A model generated the notes under the pieces. The model had not been told where the DNA came from, searched no databases, and saw only the letters and a list, made by a program, of their open reading frames with translations. From Microcoleus sp. (GTDB taxonomy: Bacteria > Cyanobacteriota > Cyanobacteriia > Cyanobacteriales > Microcoleaceae), in the NCBI GenBank assembly GCA_042408215.1, contig JAYFMW010000020.1:1-64000 (forward strand): a stretch of DNA of 64,000 nt. The letters are read 5' to 3'. The translations under genes were made by a program, and so were the position numbers. Position 1 is the stretch's first letter; every line of letters starts with the position of its first letter. Shown in pieces: positions 30,818-40,332 of the stretch.

Positions 30818-31223
30818 CTATGCAGCACCACTATCGTACAACTGCAAACCTAATTGAGGAAGCGGTGAGAGTTGGCTAATTCCTCTCGGTATAGCATTCT
30901 CCATCGCTGTGGCAAATGATGAGTGCGATTAGGAGAAAAGAAATTTTTGCCAGAGGAAAATTGTTAGCCCAAAGGGCAAATTGTTGAGGTTGTTACTGGC
31001 AGTTTCTACGGCGATCGCTATAGCGGTTTTATGAATGAAGTGAGGTACAGGAGGCAATTGGCAATGCACTTCTATGAAAAGGAAACATCTATGCCCTATG
31101 CCCTATGCCCATGAGCACCTCCAGAAACCTGAGAAAGGCTATATGTATGAATATTTTCAGCTTTTTAGTGAAATTACAGTTGAAATTTCGGGATTTTTTC
31201 AGGTAAAATCATTCCTAAGATAG

Positions 31224-32258
31224 ATGCGAAATTATATGAACTTAATTCAAAACTTGGAAGCAGCTTGGTATTACCATCTGGGTTCACGTCAGCTCGAAGC
31301 TAAAGATAATCACGCGGCCCTTGCCAACTTTGACATAACTCTGAACTTGCAACCGGGTCATTATCAGGCTTGGTTCGGGCGGGGCATGGCTTTGGGGAAT
31401 TTAGAACGGCACCTGGAGGCGCTCAGGAGTTTTGACGAGGCTCTGGGCTTGCAGCCCAATGCGAGCTTTGGCTGGCACAACCGCGCGATTGCTTTGGGAA
31501 AGTTGGGCCGCCCAATGGATGCTCTCAATAGTTTTGACAGGGCGATCGAGTTTAATCCCTCGGCTCCCAATATTTGGCACAACCGGGGACTTTTGCTAAT
31601 TGATATGGGACTCTACAATAAGGCGGTTTTGAGCTTCGATCGCTCTTTAAATTTGCAGCCGGATGCTGATTGGACTTGGTACAACCGGGGTAATGCTCTG
31701 TTGGAACTCCAGCTTTACTATCAGGCGCTCAACAGTTTTGACAGGGCGATCGAGTTTAACCCAGATGACGCGAAGGCTTGGTACAATCGCGGTCTAGCTG
31801 CGAACTCGATGGGGCTTTACAAACAGGCAATTGCTAGTTTTAATCGCTCGCTCGCTCTGAAAACGGGATCTTTCAAAGCTGTTGGCGATCGGAGGGTTGC
31901 TTTAAAGCAATTAATTGGTTGGAGTCAGAGGAATGCCAAATTCACTCCGACATTTGAGTGTCAGTCTCAAGATTATTTGATCTGGTACAACCGGGGGGTG
32001 GAATTGGGGGCCAAGGGCAACTACTCGGAGGCGATCGCTTACTACGCAAAGGTTTTGGAACTGCAACCCGCTTTTGCTAACGCTTTTTACAATCAAGCTT
32101 GCTGTTATGCGCTGCTGGGCTTGGCAGATTTGGCAATTGACAATTTGCAACGGGCTGTGGAGTTTATGCCTAATTTGTACCGAGAGCTAGCTTTAACTGA
32201 CTCGGATTTGAGAGGGCTGAGGAAACAACAACGTTTTGAAGCGTTGCTCCGAGGTTGA
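31224..32258 (+). CDS. Tetratricopeptide repeat protein
   Basis: Repeated WYNRG...AL...FDRAIE units and a C-terminal YNQACCYA. Confidence 0.92.
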   Translation: MRNYMNLIQNLEAAWYYHLGSRQLEAKDNHAALANFDITLNLQPGHYQAWFGRGMALGNLERHLEALRSFDEALGLQPNASFGWHNRAIALGKLGRPMDALNSFDRAIEFNPSAPNIWHNRGLLLIDMGLYNKAVLSFDRSLNLQPDADWTWYNRGNALLELQLYYQALNSFDRAIEFNPDDAKAWYNRGLAANSMGLYKQAIASFNRSLALKTGSFKAVGDRRVALKQLIGWSQRNAKFTPTFECQSQDYLIWYNRGVELGAKGNYSEAIAYYAKVLELQPAFANAFYNQACCYALLGLADLAIDNLQRAVEFMPNLYRELALTDSDLRGLRKQQRFEALLRG

Positions 32259-32335
32259 TTGTATAGGATTCTTGATTAGTCCTTCGGCATTTAACTGGTT
32301 CCCAGGAAGAGCCTGGGAACGAGCAAATCCTGAAT

Positions 32336-33001
32336 CTATTGTAGAGCAACTTTGATTGAGGGCTTGATTGGTCTGTTGGCAACTACTAGGACTCGGTAGA
32401 CTCCCGATTCTGGCAGTTGAGCGAAGGTTTGACCTTCGCCTTGGTCGAGGAGTTGTCCCGATGGAGATTCGATCGCCACATCGAGATTTTTGTTGCTAGC
32501 AGTGACTGTCATCGTCTGTCCCCGCTTACCCTGAATTGTCAGAGGCTGGATTTGGTAGCCGGACATTTTGAGTTTGAGGGTGGCTTCGTTTTCTCCGAAT
32601 GCTATGGGCATTGGGCGATCGGGTTTGTAAGTCCACTTGGCGTTAAAGTCGCGTTCTAATACAAAACTACTTGTTTCACCTTTAGGGACGACTCGCATCC
32701 GGTAGATGCCTGACTCCGGCAACTGGCCTATCCACTGATTGTCTTTTTTTTCAATAACTCCCAAACTCTGACCACTGGGAGTGTAGAGTTCGGCTGTTAG
32801 CTGTCCTGCCCACAGCGAGAGTGTGAGTTCTCGCCCTTTGATGCCTTCAAAAATATAAGTGGTGGGTTTGTTAATGGTTTCTCGAATTTCCGAGGTTGAC
32901 ATCGGCTTGATGGGTTCAATTTTTGGGGCTGCGGGGCTGGCCAATGCTGTTTTTACCATCATCATCAGTAGCATCCCAGTCAGTAAAATTAGTTTTTTCA
33001 T
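32336..33001 (-). CDS. Secreted protein with two PPC-like beta domains
   Basis: Signal peptide and a duplicated PSGQxL...QLPESGxYR motif. Confidence 0.7.
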   Translation of the reverse strand: MKKLILLTGMLLMMMVKTALASPAAPKIEPIKPMSTSEIRETINKPTTYIFEGIKGRELTLSLWAGQLTAELYTPSGQSLGVIEKKDNQWIGQLPESGIYRMRVVPKGETSSFVLERDFNAKWTYKPDRPMPIAFGENEATLKLKMSGYQIQPLTIQGKRGQTMTVTASNKNLDVAIESPSGQLLDQGEGQTFAQLPESGVYRVLVVANRPIKPSIKVALQ

Positions 33002-33408
33002 GTCGGATTTCTAAAAGTAATGAGTTGTATATGGTTACTTATGCTTGCCTGTTATTACCGGATTATATGCTGCGATCGCGATCGGCTACAGCAGCATTTC
33101 CATAAATATAAGTATACCCTACCGACACAGAAGCTGCGGTCAGTAGGTAAACATCAAAAACAGAGCGCTCAAAAAACCCTGAGTAGGGTGCGTCAGTCAG
33201 AAGCCTTGACTCCCCTCAAACAGTTTGTTTCTGACGCAGCACGGGAATCCTGGGACTGTTCTGGACGCAGAATCTAGGATGTCTGGAGTAGTTTATGTTT
33301 CGCGGATGGGTTGGGATCGATCGCGCCTATAGCGCGTCACGCGCAAACCCCGTCTTTCCCGCAGGGTATGAAACGCAGTTGCAGCCTGATAGCTGCCAGT
33401 ATTCTATA

Positions 33409-33861
33409 TTATTTACCTTTTTGCCCTTCAATATATTTTCTGACAGTTTCAGTTGAGACATTGCCAACACTACCGACAAAATAACTAGGAGTCCACAAAG
33501 TAGGTAGTTTTAGTAATTCGGGGAATTCCTTTCTCAAGTAACTAGAAGCTCTCCCTTTGACCCTTTGCATGACGAAGCTAGCAGAATCTGTTGGTTTAAG
33601 GTTCAGCAATAAATGTACAGGATCGGGCATAATTTCCAAAGCAATAATTTTCCACCTGTTTTCTGTAACCACCTCAAAAATAATTTCTTGCAGCCGTTCC
33701 GAAATTTTACCAACTAGGACGGCATTACGGCGTTTCGGTATCAAAACAAAGTGCATATTGATCGGTGAAACAGCATTGCTTTCGTGTCGATACTCTAAGT
33801 CTTTTTTTGATAAACTTGCCACAAAACTCTTGACTCCGTTGATAAATAATTTATAATCCAC
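33409..33861 (-). CDS. tnpA: Y1 HUH transposase, probably inactive (first HUH His replaced by Pro)
   Basis: EIMPDPVHLL instead of MPDHVH, plus LWTPSYFV and KYIEGQ. True start uncertain. Confidence 0.85.
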   Translation of the reverse strand: MDYKLFINGVKSFVASLSKKDLEYRHESNAVSPINMHFVLIPKRRNAVLVGKISERLQEIIFEVVTENRWKIIALEIMPDPVHLLLNLKPTDSASFVMQRVKGRASSYLRKEFPELLKLPTLWTPSYFVGSVGNVSTETVRKYIEGQKGK

Positions 33862-33878
33862 ATATTACACCAACAAAA

Positions 33879-35138
33879 GTGATTTGTGTCTTTGGATGTC
33901 AGCAAGTCTTAATTAAGCCTAACAAAGAATTGAAAGCGGTTCTAGAATATATTTGCAAAGAGTCAAATAAATTGCATAATTGCGCCGTTTCTTACGCTCG
34001 TCAAATATATTTTAAGTCCCATATTTACGTCCGCCCGTTTGACGTAATTAACGAGCTGAAACGTAACCCTCATTACGGCGCTTTGTGCGCTCAAGCTGCT
34101 CAACAGACTTGTGGCGCTGTTGGTGAGTCTGTAAAATCTTTCCAAGGATTAATCAAATTATTTCAAGAGGGAAAGCTTGAATACAAGCCAAAATTTCCTA
34201 ATTATCGCACTCCTGGGGGTTTTCACTTAATAGCATATCCAAGACAAGCGCTGGGCAAAAAGTTAATTAATAGTCAAATCTCAATCCCTCTGGGTTTAAA
34301 AGTTAAAACTTGGTTTGGACTGAAGAGCTTCCAAATTCAGATGCCTTCCAATCTAGATTATGCCGACATTCGAGAAGTGAGAATCCTTCCCATACATGGA
34401 TGTTTTTATGCTGAATTTATTTACAAGTCGGTAAATATCAAAACCAATACCGATAGTGAAAAGGTTTTAGGTATCGATCGTGGTATTGACAATTGGCTAA
34501 CCTGTGTCAGCAATACTAACACTAGCCCGATCGTTGACGGAAAGCATTTGAAATCTCTAAATCAGTGGTATAACAAGCGAGTGGCAGCATTAATGGATGG
34601 AAAGCCTAACGGTTTTTGGTCACATCAGTTGGCGCGACTAACCGAAAAACGCAATCGTCAAATGCGTGATGCTGTAAACAAAGCTGCAAAAATTGTGATA
34701 AATCACTGCCGAGAAAACCAAATCGGCACTGTTGTTTTTGGCTGGAACAAAGGTCAGAAAAACAGTGCAAACATGGGGAACAGGACCAATCAGAAGTTTG
34801 TGCAAATCCCCACGGGTAGGTTGAAGACTAGAATCTCCCAACTTTGTGACCAATACGGACTTCAGTTTGTCGAAACCGAAGAAAGTTATACATCAAAATG
34901 TTCTTTTGTTGACCGCGATTTCTTACCTACAATCGGTGCAAAACCCGAAGGGTGGAAAGTGTCGGGTAGACGAATTAAACGTGGATTGTATTGTACAGGT
35001 TTGCAGCAATGGCGCATCAACGCAGATTGCAATGGCGCGGCTAATATCATCCGAAAAGTAGCGACAATGCTAGATCTTGATCTTAGCGGAGTTGGTAGAG
35101 GTGTCTTGACAGCGCCCTTAAGAATTGCCATTTGGTAG
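33879..35138 (+). CDS. tnpB: TnpB, RuvC-II-rearranged type
   Basis: LGIDRG, VFGWN in place of the usual Glu, TEESYTS and INADCNGAANI. Confidence 0.9.
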   Translation: MICVFGCQQVLIKPNKELKAVLEYICKESNKLHNCAVSYARQIYFKSHIYVRPFDVINELKRNPHYGALCAQAAQQTCGAVGESVKSFQGLIKLFQEGKLEYKPKFPNYRTPGGFHLIAYPRQALGKKLINSQISIPLGLKVKTWFGLKSFQIQMPSNLDYADIREVRILPIHGCFYAEFIYKSVNIKTNTDSEKVLGIDRGIDNWLTCVSNTNTSPIVDGKHLKSLNQWYNKRVAALMDGKPNGFWSHQLARLTEKRNRQMRDAVNKAAKIVINHCRENQIGTVVFGWNKGQKNSANMGNRTNQKFVQIPTGRLKTRISQLCDQYGLQFVETEESYTSKCSFVDRDFLPTIGAKPEGWKVSGRRIKRGLYCTGLQQWRINADCNGAANIIRKVATMLDLDLSGVGRGVLTAPLRIAIW

Positions 35139-35175
35139 TTTCTTAAGAATCCCCGTACCGACCGGTCGGGGAGTG

Positions 35176-35898
35176 TCAAAAATCTGAGAGAATTTTCAAG
35201 TAAGCTTGTACAGTGTTAGACAAGCCCATGTCTAGCGCTTCTGCAATTAGAGCGTGACCGATCGATACTTCTAATATATCAGGAATCGAGCAAAACTTGG
35301 CGAGATTTTGCAAGTTTAAATCGTGGCCGGCATTGACTCCTAAACCGGCATCTTGAGCCGCCTTAGCAGCCAATACATATTGTTCAAAAACTGATGCTAC
35401 TTTCCCTTCGCGAAAAGCCGTTGCATAGGGTTCTGTGTACAATTCTACTCGGTCTGCGCCCACTTCTTTTGCTAGGGGCATTAGAGCAGGGTCTGCGTCC
35501 ATAAATAGACTGACTCTGATGCCGTTATCTTTTAATTTTTGAATGATTGGTAGGAGCCGATCGCGATTTTCGGGAATATTCCAACCGCTATCGGAGGTGA
35601 TCGCGTCGGGAGCGTCCGGTACTAAAGTACACTGGGCCGGTTTGACATCGCAAACTAGATCCATAAATGGAGGTTGAAAAGGATTTCCTTCGATGTTGAA
35701 TTCTACGGTTAGCATTTTGGCTAATTCATAAACATCGGAGGCTTTGATGTGTCGCTCATCAGGACGGGGATGGACTGTAATCCCATGAGCACCGGCTGCA
35801 ATTACTGTTTTTGCTGCTGCGGTAACGCTGGGGATGCCGATATTGCGAGAGTTTCTGAGCAGGGCGATTCTGTTGATGTTGACGCTGAGTTTGGTCAT
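35176..35898 (-). CDS. pdxJ: Pyridoxine 5'-phosphate synthase
   Basis: LSVNIN, GITVHPRPDERHI, NAGHDL and EVSIGHAL. Confidence 0.96.
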   Translation of the reverse strand: MTKLSVNINRIALLRNSRNIGIPSVTAAAKTVIAAGAHGITVHPRPDERHIKASDVYELAKMLTVEFNIEGNPFQPPFMDLVCDVKPAQCTLVPDAPDAITSDSGWNIPENRDRLLPIIQKLKDNGIRVSLFMDADPALMPLAKEVGADRVELYTEPYATAFREGKVASVFEQYVLAAKAAQDAGLGVNAGHDLNLQNLAKFCSIPDILEVSIGHALIAEALDMGLSNTVQAYLKILSDF

Positions 35899-36171
35899 GG
35901 AATTTCGATTTGTTGGTTTTTGAGTAAAGGCGATCGACCTTTAATTATCTTCTATTTCTAGGTTTTTGCAGTTGCAGTCTCTCAAATTTTACCATATTTA
36001 TAGATTCAGGTTGCGGGGGAGTAAGAAGCCCTTGGGCTTGGGATGCTGCGCGAACCCATCGGCTCAGCATTCCCCCAAAATCGTCCATTTCAAATCATTT
36101 TCAAATGCTCGGAATCAGAAACTTGCCCGATGTCAGGTAATATGAGAAAGCATTAATTTTAACAGCGCGGC

Positions 36172-37041
36172 ATGGCTACTATTTGGGAACTCGATTTTTA
36201 CAGTCGTCCGATCGTAGACGATCGACAGAAAAAAAAATGGGAAGTGTTAATTTGCGAAACTCCGCTGAATGTAGGCTCTAAGTCAGAATCTCTGTTTCGT
36301 TACTCGCAATTCTGCCCCAGTACAACAGTGAATTCCCTGTGGCTGGCTGGTGCAATTAAAGAGGCGATCGCCTCGGCACCGAAACCACCCGAAAAAATCC
36401 GCTTTTTCCGCCGCCAAATGGCCAACATGATTACCAAAGCCTGCGAGGATTTGGACATTCCCGCCGCAGCCAGCCGCCGCACCCTTGCCCTTAGCCTGTG
36501 GTTGGAAGAACGGATGCAATCATATTACCCCGCACAAGAGGGTTTTCAAGCCGCTGTCAACCCTTCGGTGCAATTTGTACCCGAAACGCCAGTTCCGCTG
36601 CCGGACGCTTTAATCGGCGAAAAATGGGCATTTGTGAATTTGCCCGCTGCCGCTTTTGATGAAATGTCCGAGTGGGATATCGGATTTGGCGAAGCTTTTG
36701 GGCTACCGATGACAGGCTTGGGCCCAGAAACGCAAATTCCGGGGCTGATTATATTTTCGTCGAGAGCAACAGCCCTCGCGGGTTGGATGTCGGGTTTGGA
36801 GTTAGCTTTTCTGAAATTTGACTCCGGCTCCCCTGGTACCCCCGCTAGGCTGATCTTGGATACGGGAGCTAACGATCGCTGGATTTTAGCTAATATCAGA
36901 GACGCAGCAACGGTCGCAGAAGGTAAAAAATTTGAGGCGGCGAAAAAGCAAGCAAAACAAGTACATTTCTTAGCAATCCAGTCAAATCCCGAATCGGAAT
37001 CTTTCGCAGGATTTTGGCTGCTACATGAATTAAATATGTAG
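36172..37041 (+). CDS. Tab2/Atab2 family RNA-binding protein
   Basis: WELDFYSRP...KKKWEVLIC N-terminus and FAGFWLL C-terminus. Confidence 0.92.
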   Translation: MATIWELDFYSRPIVDDRQKKKWEVLICETPLNVGSKSESLFRYSQFCPSTTVNSLWLAGAIKEAIASAPKPPEKIRFFRRQMANMITKACEDLDIPAAASRRTLALSLWLEERMQSYYPAQEGFQAAVNPSVQFVPETPVPLPDALIGEKWAFVNLPAAAFDEMSEWDIGFGEAFGLPMTGLGPETQIPGLIIFSSRATALAGWMSGLELAFLKFDSGSPGTPARLILDTGANDRWILANIRDAATVAEGKKFEAAKKQAKQVHFLAIQSNPESESFAGFWLLHELNM

Positions 37042-37378
37042 TCAGCAGTCATTAGTCATTAGTCATTAGTCATTAGTCATTAGTCATTAGTCATTAGTCA
37101 TTTATTGGTTCTAATAACCAATAACCCTTCGACCCTCCGACCCTCCGACCCTTCGACTACGCGAGCGGGCGACGCTCCGCGGTTCCTGAGCGGAGTCGTT
37201 GGGCAGGGCACCGCTCCGCAGTTCCTGAGCCCTTCGACTTCGCTCAGGATAAACGCAGTCGTTGGGCAGGGCACCGCCAATAACCAATAACTGCCTCCTC
37301 GCCAATTCTTTAATCGAAAATCGAAAATCGAAAATCGAAAATGGTATCACCGATCGCCTACTACCAACTACCGACAAC

Positions 37379-38674
37379 ATGACCAATCACCAATCAGCAG
37401 AACAACTGCTAGAACTAGCCACCAAAGCAGGTGCTGAAGCTGCTGAGGTATTGGAGTCGCAATCGTTCTCGCGGCCAGTCTTTTTTGAAGCAAACCGCCT
37501 TAAACAGCTAGAAACAGCCCAAGCAGAAGGCATTGCCCTACGGCTGTGGAGGGATGGGCGACCGGGTTTAGCGGTGGCTTACGGGCCTGTGGAACCGCAG
37601 ATTTTGGTCGATCGGGCGATCGCCATCTCGCAACTCAACGAACCGGAAATCATCGAACTCGGTAGCGGTAACAAAGTTGTTTATCCCGATCTCGGACAGT
37701 CGATCGCGGTTGAACAGCTAGTAGAATGGGGAAAAAGTGCGATCGCGATCGTTCACCAAGCCTATCCCGAAAGCCTCTGCGCCGCCGAGCTCGACTGCGA
37801 AATAGAAAGCACCCGCTTGCTGAACACTAGAGGCTTGGATTGCAGCCACACCGACACCACCCTCAGCGGTTACTTGTCAGCAGAATTAGTGCGGGGAGAA
37901 GATTTCCTGAATATTTGGGAAGGCGAAACCGAACGCAGCACCCTCGACTTAGACACGATCGCCCAGCGGGTTTTGCAACGATTGGAATGGGCGAAAGAGA
38001 ATGTAGCACCAGCCACAGGGCGCGTACCAGTTTTGTTCACAGCCAAAGCCGCCGATTTGCTGTGGGGCACAGTCTGTGCAGCTTTAAACGGCAAACAGGT
38101 ACTCGAAGGGGCTTCGCCTTGGAGCGATCGATTGGGCCAACAAGTCACATCACCCCTAGTTACTCTCTCTCAAGAACCGGATACGGGACCCTATAGCTGT
38201 CCGTTTGACGACGAAGGCACTCCCACAAGGTCGATCGTATTCATCAACAATGGAGTCTTGCAGCTATTTTATACCGATCGCACCACCGGTCGAGCATTAG
38301 GCAGTGGCACCACCGGCAACGGATTTCGCCCCGGTTTGGGCAGTTATCCCACACCCAGTTTGTTCAATGTTTTGATTAAACCAGGAGTGCGATCGCTAAA
38401 GGATTTAATAGCTCAATTAGACGACGGAATTGTAGTCGATCAAATGCTAGGAGGTAGTGCCGGAATTTCCGGCGACTTTTCGATTAATGTCGATCTTGGC
38501 TACCGCGTCAAAAAAGGTAAAATAGTTGGCAGAATCAAAGACACAATGGTTGCCGGCAACGTCTACAGCGTCCTCAAACAATTAGTAGAATTAGGAGGAG
38601 ACGCAGAGTGGAACGGTTCTTTCCATACACCGTCTGTAATTGTAGAAGGATTGTCCGTCACCGGCAAAAACTAA
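37379..38674 (+). CDS. pmbA: TldE/PmbA family protein
   Basis: FDDEG and ISGDFS motifs, no HExxH. Start moved to MTNHQ. Confidence 0.85.
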   Translation: MTNHQSAEQLLELATKAGAEAAEVLESQSFSRPVFFEANRLKQLETAQAEGIALRLWRDGRPGLAVAYGPVEPQILVDRAIAISQLNEPEIIELGSGNKVVYPDLGQSIAVEQLVEWGKSAIAIVHQAYPESLCAAELDCEIESTRLLNTRGLDCSHTDTTLSGYLSAELVRGEDFLNIWEGETERSTLDLDTIAQRVLQRLEWAKENVAPATGRVPVLFTAKAADLLWGTVCAALNGKQVLEGASPWSDRLGQQVTSPLVTLSQEPDTGPYSCPFDDEGTPTRSIVFINNGVLQLFYTDRTTGRALGSGTTGNGFRPGLGSYPTPSLFNVLIKPGVRSLKDLIAQLDDGIVVDQMLGGSAGISGDFSINVDLGYRVKKGKIVGRIKDTMVAGNVYSVLKQLVELGGDAEWNGSFHTPSVIVEGLSVTGKN

Positions 38675-39127
38675 ATTCATGGGAATTGGGCATAGGGCAT
38701 TGGTAATCGGTAATTGGTAATCGGTAATTGGTAATTAGTAATCGGTCATTAGTAATCGGTAATTGGTAATCGGTAATAGTTAGTGGTTAGTGGTTACTTG
38801 TTATAGGACTTACGCACAGACTCTACTTGTAGGGTACTCATACCAATTTAATGGGTCGTTGCATATATCTCGATCCCCCTCGCATCCCCCTTAATAAGGG
38901 AGTAGGGTGTGAGTAGGGGGTGACGAAAGAGCAGAATCTTGTTCCCCCCTTATTAAGGGGGGTTAGGGGGGATCAGATTCTACGGGGCCTCATAAAAAAC
39001 TGGTATCACTACATTTAAAACTTGCATCATTCCTGTTTTTAGGAGTTTTTCAAATAACGAATTCCCAAGGCCCGATGCCCTATTCCCGATGCCCTAGGCC
39101 CAATTACCAATTCCCAGACAGCGAATT

Positions 39128-39978
39128 ATGCTAGAATTAAATCAATTTGAAGCGATCAGTTTTGACTGCTACGGCACTCTGATAGATTGGGAAAGGGGGA
39201 TATTGCCAGCCTTGAAAAAATTGCTATCAAATCGGGAAATTGATTACAGCGATGACCAATAATTTCAAAGGTGGTACAAGCCCCCGGATTTATCCGTGGA
39301 ATCAATCCAAAATCCAAAATCTAAAATCCTCAAGCCCCCGCATTTATACGTGGGGTAAATCTAAAATCTAAAATCTAAAATCTAAAATCGATTGACGGAA
39401 CTTTAGAGCTGTTTGCTGAATTTGAATCCGAACTAGAAAACGAGGCAAGAGATTATATAAGATACCGGGAAGTTTTGCAACAAGTAGTGCATAAAATTGG
39501 TCAAAAATTCAACTTTGAACCGACAGAAACAGCATCAGGAACAGAAATAAATTGTTTGGTGGATTCCCTCAAAAATTGGCAGCCATTTCCCGATACAGTT
39601 GCAGCCTTGGCCGCACTCAAGCAAAAATACAAACTGGCAGTAATTTCCAACATTGACGATGATTTGTTTGTCGGTACAGCCAAACACTTAAAAGTTGAAT
39701 TCGACTGGGTAATTACTGCGGAAAAAGTGCGATCGTACAAACCGTCAACTCGCAACTTTGAAATCGCCCTAGAAACAATGGGAATAGCACCGGAAAAACT
39801 CCTGCACGTTGCACAAAGTCTGTATCACGACATTGTACCAGCCGCATCTATGGGAATCTCCACAGTTTGGGTAAATCGGCGACAGGACAAAACAGGATTT
39901 GGGGCAACTTTGCCGGCCAGCGGCAAGCCTGATTTGGAAGTGCCGGATTTAAAAACATTGGTAGAGGCGATCGCCTAA
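39128..39978 (+). pseudogene. Haloacid dehalogenase type II interrupted by a 140-bp element
   Basis: MLELNQFEAISFDCYGTLIDWE...SDD [insertion 39257-39396] GTLELFAE...SNID...YKP...HDI. Removing the insertion restores the frame. Confidence 0.9.
39257..39396 (+). mobile_element. 140-bp non-autonomous IS200/IS605-type element, copy 2
   Basis: Inserted after TGAC and ends in TGAC. Two CAAG-footed hairpins plus (CTAAAAT)n. Confidence 0.88.
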
Positions 39979-40072
39979 AAATCATATATGATATCGCTTC
40001 CGGTTACATCAGAATTATTAGTAGCCGAAATTAGGAGACTGCACGTGCCGTGTCCCTACCCAAAATAACATT

Positions 40073-40320
40073 GTAGGGACACTCAAGCGTGCCCATTGGT
40101 GTCAACTTAAGACTGAAACCCTTGAGAAATCTCGTTTTTACGCTAAGTCTAGATCCCCCTCGCATCCCCCTTAAGAAGGGGGACTTAAAGAGGCTTCCTG
40201 TTCCCCCCTTCTTAAGGGGGAGTAGGGGGCAAGCTAAGGGGGGATCTGGCCTTAATAGTCAAACAGCAGACTGATACTACGTTTGACCTTAAGTTGACAC
40301 CAATGGGCAATGCCGTGTCC
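40073..40320. mobile_element. Nested REP / TIR-MITE / palindromic core composite
   Basis: REP arms enclose gcccattggtgtcaacttaag...cttaagttgacaccaatgggc (40091-40308), which encloses gatccccc...gggggatc (40152-40246). Confidence 0.8.
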
Positions 40321-40332
40321 TGTGAGCCTTGG

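Larger units (their letters stand above)
33330..35179 (+). mobile_element. IS605-type element with divergent tnpA/tnpB (left end approximate)
   Basis: Right end GAAT+hairpin...TCAA at 35179 and a degenerate left-end hairpin near 33345-33375. Confidence 0.75.

Noticed and set aside
30820..31220. Riboswitch or ncRNA in the long intergenic region
   Set aside because: No recognisable motif by eye; a covariance-model search would be needed.
29805..39396. Invertible segment or composite transposon bounded by the two inverted 140-bp copies
   Set aside because: Both halves of the HAD gene still flank copy 2, so no inversion has occurred; independent insertions explain the pattern.
39475..39978. Standalone 167-aa HAD protein
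   Set aside because: It lacks motif I, which lies upstream of the inserted element.
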